Shown one piece after another: positions 24,300-34,500 of a stretch of 64,000 nt of DNA. Made by a program: the position numbers and the translations under genes. Position 1 is the stretch's first letter, and each line of letters opens with the position of its first letter. Location of the stretch: assembly GCA_013239625.1 (NCBI GenBank), contig MU054323.1:19737082-19801081 (forward strand), read 5' to 3'. Source of the DNA: Lama guanicoe (Eukaryota). A model generated the notes under the pieces. That model made no database searches and was not told the DNA's origin. It was given only the letters and a program-made list of their open reading frames with translations.

Positions 24300-24660
24300 A
24301 CTCATCTCCAGGCACTTCCCCTCCTCACTCTGCTCCAGCCACATGGGCTCTAAAGAGGCGAGCAATTTCTGGTCTGCAGGACCTTCACACTAGCTCTTGC
24401 CCCAGCCTGGAATGCTCTCCCATCTCCTCCCCCATCCCTGTATCCCAACTAAATCCTTTAATTCTCGGCTCAAATATTACTTCCTTAGAGAAACCTGTCT
24501 TTACTTTACTCAAACACTTCACTTTAATAGCACTGATGACAATTCGAAATTTTTTAAGTAGATATTTATTTGTACTATTGTTTAGTGCCACCTCTTCCAC
24601 TAGACTGTGAGCCCCTGAAGGCAGGACTGAACATGTTTTGCTCATGACTGTATCCTTTGT
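24300..24660 (+). mobile_element. L2 3' region
   Basis: CTCTGCTCCAGCCACA...GCCTGGAATGCTCTCC...CCACTAGACTGTGAGCCCCTGAAGGCAGGACT. Confidence 0.8.
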
Positions 24661-26372
24661 GATATGGTGGCCTTGGCAAGAGCGAAAAAGAAACAGCCAG
24701 CATCCAGACCCATGGCGATGTCTGCCCGGGCCGTGGGCTTAGGGACGTGTGGGTTCTTTACCTGGGTGTGCCCAATATCCTTTCACAGAAACAGCCCAGA
24801 AAGGCACTAGAATGCTCCCTGCCTCTCTCCTTCTGGGAGCAAAGGAATAGAATCGGTTTATTGCTGAAGTGGAATCAGGTATTTCTTCACAGTGATTGAA
24901 ATGGGAGAAGACTGGTCAGCTGGACACCAGGTGGGGTTTGTTTCTGGCCAGAGGTGTCCCCAGACCCCAGCTGGCTGACTTTGTGCCTCAGTGCCTGAGA
25001 CTGAGTTCCACAGCCATGTCCCAACTGCCTGGCAGTGCAGGAGGGCAGACAGACATCAGGGCACACTGTCCTTGCCTGGCCTCCTGCCTCCACAGGTGCC
25101 AGAAGAGATGAACTCCCCCCAGGCTTCCCAGGAGGCCACCGTGGAGTTCCTGCATGGCACCTCAACCCCCAAACACTCCCGGAGGGAAAACAACACATCC
25201 TTATCTTATTCAACCCCAAATTGCCCAGCAGGACCATGGGTCTGGGTCCAGTGAGCATGAAAATTCAAGCGTGGCACAACCCTCAGAACAACCCATCAAT
25301 GAGCGTCCAAGAGTTCAGCAAAGCACCTGACCCAGCCCTAGTCCCGACACCAAGAGCAAACCAACCTGTCCCAAACCCCACCTGAGCCTCACCCTCCTTG
25401 CGAACAGCACAACCATCGGAATCCCAGCGCAGACCTCATCCCACCCCACATTAACACTAAATAAAATAACTAAAGTAACTCCACACCAATTGCAACTCCA
25501 GTCAGTCCTATCCTGCCTTCAGCCCTAACTTTAACTCCAATTTCAACCTGAACTCAGGCCAAGAAGAAAAGATGGAAAGGAGTGATCTTTGGGGGAGACA
25601 ACCACCACGGCCCTGCAATCTGGCGGCCCTGGCCGACAGCCGTCTGCAATTTTTACCTTGAAACATGCCCTAGACAATTGTTCTTTGGGTTTAAAACTCT
25701 GATAGACTATTGCTGTTATTAAAGGATTTAATACACAGAAATCTACTTGGAAAGAACCAGACCTCGGAAGTCCGTGGCTGAGAAATAGAGGCACTGCTGT
25801 TATTTCCTCTGCGAACAGCAGACTGGGATGAGAGTTCATACCCGGACGCCTGGTCAGCCAGGACTCATTAGGAAATGGGATTCTCTTCAATTTATAAATG
25901 ATGAACAACTGCCAGCTTCCAAGAAGAGAGAAGACAGAAGAATCCAAAGGGAGATGCTAGATTTTTAAAGAGAAGCTAGCTTTTTAAAGAGACACCAGCA
26001 TGTTTCATTTCAACTTACTTCCAGCCTCCTCCCCACCCTGGAGGGCTGGTTAGGGGTCCCCAGCCTGTGACTCACAGGGTGTAAATCTAGATGTGAGGCA
26101 GGGAAAGTGGGGTTTCAGATCATGAGGCTCCAGGTAAGTCCCAGAGTTGTGCTCTGTCGGAAAAGGTGGAGGTCATTTTGGAAATGTGACCCCAAAACAG
26201 GCTGTCAGTCAAGGGGAAGCAAGATGAATAACCAAGGCTGAGACACAAAGCCCATGGGTGGGATGGCAGGAGCAGCGAAGGCCAACAAGGAACTGCAGGG
26301 CAGGGCCGGCAAACAGCGGGCAGCGATCTGAAGTAATCTTGGGGTCCAGGTGCCAGCACCCTAATCAGCTCC

Positions 26373-26478
26373 TTTTTCCTTATTTTATTTTATCGTTTTT
26401 AATGGAGGTACTGGGGATTGAACCCAGGACCTCATTCGTGCTAAGCACGTGCTCCATCACTGAGTTATACCCTCCCCC
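26373..26478 (-). mobile_element. camelid tRNA-Ala-derived SINE (short form)
   Basis: TTTTTAATGGAGGTACTGGGGATTGAACCCAGGACCTC...CACTGAGTTATACCCTCCCCC. Confidence 0.92.
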
Positions 26479-26984
26479 CAAGCAGCTTTCTCAGCACAAG
26501 CTCACATAGACAAGCCCAATCCCTTTTCTAATAACCCTCTTTTCTGATTAAAAAAAAAACTGAAAATTTAAAAAGTATAAAAAATTTTTAGAAGCAAATT
26601 TAAATTAACCACAAACTCTTGACTTGAGTTATGGTCACTTAAAGGGGCAGGATATTACAAGTATTTAATTATTTCAAGAATTTATCCTTTTCCCTCCAGG
26701 TTCAGTTATTGATATCTAAAAGAGAAAAACAAACAAAAACCTCCTGCTCCCTTTCTTTGTCCAAGAGGACAAAATCTCCTGAAAAGAAATCAAGGCCACA
26801 GCTGATGCTGACAGACCAGATTCTATTTCCTGCCCTGCTAGGGAAGGCAGCTGTCCAATCAGAAAATATGTCTTGGTCATCTCCAGTGTGCTCAGCACAC
26901 TCATATACCATCCTTTCCCCGAAGATATCCGCCTTTCACAAAAGCTACGAGTGGTCCCCGGGGCCAGTCCCACAGCATAACATT

Positions 26985-27210
26985 GACACACACTAATGCA
27001 CACATACTCATATAATTCCACATCACAGCATCATACACACATTTGAACACTCACACATACATCCACTCACAATCACATGGATACACCCACTCACACACTC
27101 ATATGCTCATGTCACGCCAACATACTCTTACACACTCACAGACTACACCCTTATATACATATACTCACACACACTCTGACACACACACAGTCACTGATAA
27201 ACATATATAC
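26985..27210. repeat. degenerate (CA)-rich low-complexity tract
   Basis: Imperfect CACACA/CATACA/CTCACA units. Confidence 0.8.
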
Positions 27211-27259
27211 TAGAAAGTCACTTGCATCTTCTTTTGTACTCCCCTCACTCCTGATGTGA

Positions 27260-27420
27260 AGTCAGCTGTGGCATTTACCATATATAATGTCATTAATTAT
27301 ATAATGTCTCTCACTCCTCTCTGCCTCAGCCTGGAAACTCCCTAAGTTCATTTCTGTAAACTCATCTTCCTGTGCAGTGTCTGGCGCATAGTAGGTCCTC
27401 AATAATGTTCACTGTATGAA
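27260..27420 (+). mobile_element. L2 3' end
   Basis: GCAGTGTCTGGCGCATAGTAGGTCCTCAATAATGTT. Confidence 0.75.
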
Positions 27421-28047
27421 CTCGGAAGCTAGGATTAAGGACTTTGGTCCAAGGGACAAGTCATCCTCTTCCAGACCTCTCTTTCTCCTTCAAATTGAAG
27501 TTGGAATTGGGAGAAAAAAACTAAGGGAAGCCCTTGGAAATATGCCAGGATGTAAGGCAAAGTTCTCCCAGTTCAGGTCTCAACTCTTCCCCTCCCAGGG
27601 TAGACACGGACAGACAGCACCCAGCAAGCCTTCCCTGCTAGTTCACACGTGCACATGAAACCTGTGACCTTATGAGAAGAGGCAGAAGAGGCACTGTCAA
27701 TACTATAGAGCTACAGTGATCAAAACAGCATAGTATTGGTACAGTAACAGACATGTGGATCAATGGAACAGAATAGAGAGCCCAGAAATAAACCCACAGA
27801 CTTTTGGTCAATTAGTCTTTGACAAAAGAATCAAGAATATACAATGGAGTAAAGACAGTCTCTTCAGCAAACGGTGTTGGGAGAACTGGCCAGCTGCGTG
27901 TAAATTAATGAAGTTAGAATATTCCCTCACACCATACACAGAAACAAACTCAAAATGGCTCAAAGATTTAAACATAAGACAAGACACTATAAACCTCTTA
28001 AAAGAAAACATAGGCAAAACATCTGACATAAATCTTAGCAATGTTCT

Positions 28048-29104
28048 CCCAGGGCAGTCTACCCAGGCAATAGAAGTAAAAGCAAAAATAAATAAATGGG
28101 ACCTAATTAAACCTAGAGGATTTTTTTAACATTTTTTATTGAGTTATAGTCATTTTACAATGTTGTGAAACTTAGAAGCTTTTGCATAGCAAAGGAAACC
28201 ATAAGCAAAACAAAAAGACAACCTACAGAACGGGAGAAAATATTTGCAAAAGATAAGACTGACAAGGGCTTAATTCCCAGAATATATAAACAGCCCATAC
28301 AACTTAATAAGAAAAAAACAAACAACCCAATCTAAAAATAGGCAGAAGACCTAAATAAGCAATTTTCCAATGAAGACATACAAATGGCCCATAGGCACAT
28401 GAAAAAATGCTCAATTGCACTAATTATCAGAGAAATGAAAATCAAAACTACAATGAGGTATCATCTCACACCAGTCAGAATGGCCATCATTAAAAAGACC
28501 ACAAATGATAAATGCTGGAGAGGGTGTGGAGAAAAGGGAACCCTCCTACATTGATAGTGAGAATGTAGTTTGGTGACCCAGGGCAGTCTACCCAGGCAAT
28601 AGAAATAAAAGCAAAAATAAATAAATGGGACCTAATTAAACCTAGAGGATTTTTTTAACATTTTTTATTGAGTTATAGTCATTTTACAATGTTGTGAAAC
28701 TTAGAAGCTTTTGCATAGCAAAGGAAACCATAAGCAAAACAAAAAGACAACCTACAGAACGGGAGAAAATATTTGCAAAAGATAAGACTGACAAGGGCTT
28801 AATTCCCAGAATATATAAACAGCCCATACAACTTAATAAGAAAAAAACAAACAACCCAATCTAAAAATAGGCAGAAGACCTAAATAAGCAATTTTCCAAT
28901 GAAGACATACAAATGGCCCATAGGCACATGAAAAAATGCTCAATTGCACTAATTATCAGAGAAATGAAAATCAAAACTACAATGAGGTATCATCTCACAC
29001 CAGTCAGAATGGCCATCATTAAAAAGACCACAAATGATAAATGCTGGAGAGGGTGTGGAGAAAAGGGAACCCTCCTACATTGATAGTGAGAATGTAGTTT
29101 GGTG
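28048..29104 (+). repeat. 528-bp tandem duplication inside the L1 (28048-28575; 28577-29104)
   Basis: Direct comparison: one substitution seen (28076 G vs 28605 A); single A at the junction (28576). Confidence 0.95.
28121..28167 (-). mobile_element. 47-bp antisense L1 extreme 3' end inserted into the L1 (second copy 28650-28696)
   Basis: Reverse complement CACAACATTGTAAAATGACTATAACTCAATAAAAAATGTTAAAAAAA; TSD AAACCTAGAGG / AAACTTAGAAG. Confidence 0.85.
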
Positions 29105-31294
29105 TAGCCATTATGGAAAACAGTATGGAGATTCTCAAAGGACTGAAAATAGATTTACCATGTGATCCAGCAATATACACCCCTGGGCATATACCCAGAG
29201 GGAACTCTAATGCAAAAAGATACAGGCACCCCAATGTTCATGACAGCACTATTTACAATAGCCAAGACATGGAAACAACCTAAATGTAATCAATAGATGA
29301 CTGAATGAAGTTGAGGTATATTTATACAATGGAATACTACTCAGCCATAAAAAGAATAAAATAATGCCATTTGCTGCAACATGGATGGACCTAGGAATTG
29401 TCATTCCAAGTGAAATAAGCCAGAAAGAGAAAGAAGAATACCATTATGATATCACTTATATGTGGAATGAAAAAAAAAAAAAGACGAATGAACTTATTTG
29501 CAAAACAGAAATAGACTCACAGACATAGAAAACAAACTTATGATTACCAAGAGGAGAAGGGGGTGGGAAGGGATGGATAAATTGGGAGCTCAAGATTTGC
29601 AGAAACTAACTACTATATATAAAATAGATAAAGAACAAGTTTATACTGTATAGCACAGGGAATTATATTCAGTATCCTGAATTGAATACCTATAATGAAA
29701 AAGAATATGAAAATGAATATATGCATGTATATGTATGACTGAACTATTATGCTGTACACCAGAAACTGCCACAACATTGTAAACTGATTACACTTCAATT
29801 AAGAATAAAAAGAAAGAAAAAAATGTACAAAAAAAGAAGAGACATTGTCAGCTCTGCCTCTTGATCTCAAGGTTCCCCCTGCTCTACCCTACTGTCCCCC
29901 TTCTCCTTTCACAATATTACTCCCAAATGAACCTTCTGCATGCTTAATTCCAAAGAAGAAGGACAGAGGAGGGAAAGCAAGGGGAAGAGGAGGAGCGTGG
30001 CAGAATAGCTGCAACTCCAAAGTGGGATCGTCACAGGCCTAGGTCTGACCAACCCTCAGCCTCCAGGAGCCAGAAACTGGGTTCCTGAGTGGTCCAAAGG
30101 GGGAGCAGATGCTGGGAGCCTGAGATGTCCTCAGTAGTTTTCTGCAGGATGGTAGAGAAAACTGAGTGGTTGATAAACCTCAGAAGAGAAGAGAAAGCGC
30201 AGAAGAGACTTGACGGGACTTGATGGGATGGGATGAGACAGGACACAATGAGACAGGCCGAGACAAAGCAGCCCTTGAATGAATCCTGGAGAGTTCATGC
30301 CAACATTTGGTAGAGCAGTCAGCAAAGGAGACTCAGAAGCAGCAGACCCATCCCTAGGGCTGCCAAAGCCCCACAAGGCCACTCAATCTCTCTGGGTGAG
30401 GCCAGCCCCAGGCCACACCCAGGGCCCAGACCAAACATTAGCATGACTGCAGAGTCTCCAACCCCTTTCCCCACCATTGCAATGGCCACACCACACACTG
30501 GTGGAAGGATGGTCTGCCCTCCACACGTACCCAGCCTGCAGAGCTAAGGCAGCTCCGGGAAACGTGTTCCCCTTGGCCTGACAGTAGGGGATCAGGGCTC
30601 GGAGCTGAGAGAAGGCTGGCATGGGGTCGGGTCAGAGCTGCAGATCCTCAGATTTGGGGAGGGAGAGAGGCATTGGGGTGGGGATGGGGGCATCTCTGTT
30701 CTGGTTCTGGCCTCATCACACATCCCTGATGCTTCACAGGCGTCCTGTGACTCCCCTACTCCTCCCAGGTGCCTCCCCCACCTCTTGACTGCACAAGCAG
30801 AGCCCTGGAGAGCTGACCACAGAAAACAATGCCTGCGGCTCCTGTAAGTGGGAGACCAGGACCTGCCCTCTTCCCCCACTCCCCTCCACCACAATACACA
30901 AATGCTGAGTTCCCTCTTGTTCTTCTGCAGGGCCAGCAGCAGGCAAGACCTTCTACTGGACTTTTGGGGGCTGCTCTCCACCTAGGGACCCATTAGCATT
31001 TTAAGGTTCTTATTCCGTACACATCCTGTCCTGGGATTGTCCTCTTCCTCAAGGCATTAGCACCCTCCCCATGCCTTTTATCACCCCAGCCCCACATGCC
31101 TGGGGTCAGCCTTCAATCCACAAGTGTCTGGGGAAGAGCCAGGAAGCCGGGTCACACTTCCCGGGCACATTTCACAGCCCATCCCCTTCTGTCCGAGGCG
31201 TGGCCTGAAGTCCTGAGCCCCCTCCCACCTTTTCTTCCTCCCACCACAAGAGGTGTTCCCATAATCAGTAGGCATCAGTGGGCTCTAATCAACC

Positions 31295-31760
31295 CCCTGT
31301 TTTGACTATTTTAGCGGCAATAAAAGGGCCATAAAGAGAAAGTCAGTGGGCCCTTTAGGAACATGCATCTCCTTCTCTGTGATATAATGAAAAACACCAA
31401 GTGCTTCCTCAGAGCCCTAAGTGACAGCCCTGGCAGCAGAGCTATTGGAGGAAGCCTAATTATGCTATAAATTAAAGGGCTTTTTTTTTTAACCCAACAT
31501 TATGACCTTTAATAAGATTGTTTTTACAACCGGCTGTCAATAAATCATGCAGGAGCACCAGTGAGAAGCATTCTCCGAGAGCCTCTGTGAATTTCATTAG
31601 CTGCAGTTTATTTGGTTTTGGCGAGCTACGATGTTTTTTAAATCTCAAATTAAAGGCTCTGAACCATAAAAGCTAATTCAGAGAAGTTCCTGTTTCAGCC
31701 TCTGAAAACAAGCTTCCCTAATTGCAGAAATTTAGCTAAGATGCGGCCAGGCCAGGAGGT
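31295..31760. promoter_or_regulatory. candidate HOX/TALE-type enhancer block
   Basis: AT-rich and repeat-free. CTGTCA abuts ATAAATCA (31534-31547); also GCAATAAAA, CCATAAA twice and several TAAT/ATTA cores. Confidence 0.5.
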
Positions 31761-32250
31761 CATTAGCGGGAAGCAATGACAAGTGGCTAGGGCTTCGCCA
31801 GGCCCAGCAGCCACGAGCCCCAGAGAAGCTGAAGGTGACAGTCCCAGGGGACAGCTGGCCCAGCAGTGGCCCCTCGTCATGGGGACTGCTGACCTCACGA
31901 AGGACAGGCCAGCTCACCAACTGGGGCTGAAAGGGGCTGGCCCTGCCACTGCAGCCAGTGTCCTTAGACCAGGAGACTGGGAAGGCCACAAACCTGCTTA
32001 ATCCAAGGCACAGAATTCCTCCCCACACCAGCTGCCTTGAGTTCAGTTCTTGTCCTCCTTGGAACAGTAATACTGACTGTCCCCATGATATAATCTTCCT
32101 GAAATACTTGTGAGAGGATAAAGAATAAGATCCCAAAGTGGCATATTCAGAGGAGTCGCTGTGGCAAAGGAGTACACAGAGTCAGCAGAAAAAGCAAACA
32201 GAAGCAGAGAAGATGACACGAGGTGCACTGGCCACCTCCTAAGGAAGGTG

Positions 32251-32400
32251 GTGGGCCGGAGTGGGGCGCATACGCACAGCTCAGTGGTGGAGCGCATGCT
32301 CAGCGTGGACAAGGCCCTGGGTTCAGTGCCCCAGCACCTGCATTAAAATAAATAACTAAAAACCTAATTCTCCCCGCTACCGAAAAAAAGAAAAAAAAAG
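32251..32400 (+). mobile_element. camelid tRNA-Ala-derived SINE (long-tail form)
   Basis: AGCTCAGTGGTGGAGCGCATGCTCAGCGTGGACAAGGCCCTGGGTTCAG..AAACCTAATT + A-rich tail; TSD AAGGAAGGTG / AAAGGAGGTG. Confidence 0.85.
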
Positions 32401-32439
32401 AAAGGAGGTGCCTGGTATGTGCCACAAGTACCTAGTTCA

Positions 32440-32832
32440 GACTGATATCAGGAGGCCTGGGTTTAAATTCCAGTCCTGCTGTTAATCACGGGACCTTGCA
32501 AGAGTAGAGGATCCTGTTAAGATTGTGAAGCCAGACAGAAACTTACTCAAACACTGGCTGTGTCCCTTGCTAGCCCAGCGACCTTAGGCAAGTCACTTCA
32601 TCTGTCAAGGTCTCAGCTTCCTCATCTGTAAAATGGGGATTTTACTAGTACCTCCCCCAGAGCGTTGTTGAGGATGAAGAAGCAGAGGCAGGTAAGTTAT
32701 CTAGCACAGGGCTGTTGTCTATAAGCTCTCAGTAAATATCAGCTGGTAACAATGGTATAAGAAGAATAATGGTATTTCCCTCTCTGGGCCTCAACTTCAT
32801 CATCTGAAAAAAAGAGAGTGGGACTAAAGTGA
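32440..32832 (+). mobile_element. MIR (~32515-32755) apparently nested in an older MIR/MIR3
   Basis: GACCTTAGGCAAGTCACTT...CTCAGCTTCCTCATCTGTAAAATGGGGAT; flanking halves CCTGGGTTTAAATTCCAGTCCTG and CCTCTCTGGGCCTCAACTTCATCATCTG. Confidence 0.75.
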
Positions 32833-33049
32833 TTCAGAGACATAACCTCTCCTGCTTAAACCCTTTTAAGAATTTCCATTGCTCACAGAAAGAAATTGAA
32901 GCTCCTTGGAAGGAGCTTGCATGGTTGGGCTCCTGCTACCCACCCCCCACCTCTGCCCCCTGGTCCATCTCCTGCCAGGTGCCGCCCTTCCACTCAACAG
33001 AACTTACACTCCAGTATCCTCTGCCCCCGTCCCCAGGCATACACATCCC

Positions 33050-33553
33050 TGTTACCCACCTGGGGCCTTGGACTCATTAATCCATAGAAATTGATAAGAA
33101 GCCGGATGAGGAATTCAGGCTTCACTGGGACTCGTGCTACTGCACGAGGGAGAAAAACAAGTAACAGGAGGGTGGGCTGGTTCCCTAAATAGGGTGAAGG
33201 TAGGGGCAGATCAGTGGGTTGGGCTGGAGGGGTGGCTGACCGGGTCGGTGGTGCTATGTGTGCAGGGATCATGTGTAGTACCCTACTTTTTCTCCCTGCA
33301 CTTCAGAAATGACAATTGGTTTGTGGTATTTTTGTATCTTATTGTTCATAATTGCCCCAGCTACGACTACACACGCATGCAGTTATTTTTAGTCCCTTAT
33401 AATTTGTTTTATTTTTAATAATGGTACTAGGGATTGAACTCACCCACCCACCCCCACTTAGAATTTCTTTGTGTTCTGTTGCTTGAGGAGATGTCTGTCC
33501 AGGAGCAAGCACTCCAGTAAAGGGCCCCAGATCTCAGGTCCCAGCCTATCTCA
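33050..33553 (-). mobile_element. ERV1-class solo LTR (cetartiodactyl type)
   Basis: Minus strand reads TGAGATAGGCTGGGACC...GGTAACA (TG...CA termini); perfect 4-bp TSD TCCC (33046-33049 / 33554-33557). Confidence 0.85.
33406..33456 (-). mobile_element. short remnant of the camelid SINE inside the LTR
   Basis: TGGTACTAGGGATTGAAC preceded by a T-rich tail; TSD CTTATAATTT / CTTAGAATTT. Confidence 0.65.
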
Positions 33554-34059
33554 TCCCCTCTGCCTGGAATCCCTTCCAGAGCCTCTTTACCTGGCTAAGA
33601 ACTACTCCTTCGTCCAGGTAACTGAAGTCACTTCCTCCAGGAAGCTTTCTAGTCCCTCATTCCTATCCCTCCAGTCCCACAGGATCTTCTGTAACACCGA
33701 GTACGTCCACTGTCAGAGACCTCCTCACCTATATTGATGGTTTTGCCCAACCGACTGCTCCCACCGAAGTAGGCAGAAAAGACCATGACTGTCTTGGTCT
33801 CCTTGGATCCCCAAGGCTTAAAACCATCCTTGGCACATGGTATGCACCTAAAATATTTGTCAAAGAAACATTCATGTAATGGCATTCAGAGACATAACAC
33901 CTAGAAAAAGCTATATGCAAAAAAAAAAAAAAGATTGCCTTGGAGAACGAAGAGAAACAGAGGCTGGGACCCATGAGGGTCCCATTCTCTGCACCCCCAA
34001 CCCCCTCACCCCACACCTGCCCAACGTCCACAATTCAGGATTCTTTTCTCCCAGGGCAG

Positions 34060-34500
34060 AAACATCAGTGGTTCTAAAATTTCTGAATGAAAACCATCCG
34101 TGAAGTCGTGCGTGGGAGATGAAATGCCAGCACGTGGGCGCCAGTGACTGTGTGGAAATCGTGGCATCTAGACTCACCTGGGCTTCCTTTGCTCTGCCTC
34201 ATTAATCAGCTCCCCAGGTCATCGGGGTGTCTCACCTCAGGCTCGCAGGTCTGGTTTTTGTATAATACACATCCCCCCCACCAGTTTTTATTTCATCTGC
34301 TTTTTCCAAGCAGCCTTTCCATTATTTCTGAACATTTGAGTTAAAAAAATGTAAATTACAGACGCCTGTGGATTGACGTCATGTGAAAAGAAGGCAGCTG
34401 TTTCCCCTCCCTCCAAACAGGGAACATGGTTTTTAAAACTAATAAACCCCTTAAACCTCATGAAGCCCATTTCAACCTTTTTAAATGGCGATTTTCAGAA
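34060..34500. promoter_or_regulatory. candidate enhancer block
   Basis: Repeat-free. Full CRE palindrome TGACGTCA at 34374-34381, E-boxes CACGTG (34131) and CAGCTG (34395), and CATTAATCA. Confidence 0.35.

Larger units (their letters stand above)
27700..29834 (+). mobile_element. 5'-truncated camelid-type LINE-1 (ORF2 C-terminal part, 3' UTR, A-rich tail), non-functional
   Basis: ORF 27755 DQWNRIESPEINP..FDK..KNIQW.KDSLF..CWENW matches the L1 ORF2p C-terminal region; 16-bp TSD AGAAGAGGCACTGTCA (27684-27699) / AGAAGAGACATTGTCA (29835-29850); frameshifts and stops. Confidence 0.97.
32840..33870 (+). mobile_element. L2 3' region split by a solo LTR
   Basis: CTCTCCTGCTTAAACCCTT ... resumes CCTCTGCCTGGAATCCCTTCC...CTTGGCACATGGTATGCACCTAAAATATTTGT. 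Confidence 0.75.

Noticed and set aside
27755..28129. 124-aa ORF with clear protein homology
   Set aside because: Fragment of L1 ORF2p in a 5'-truncated, frameshifted element; not a host gene
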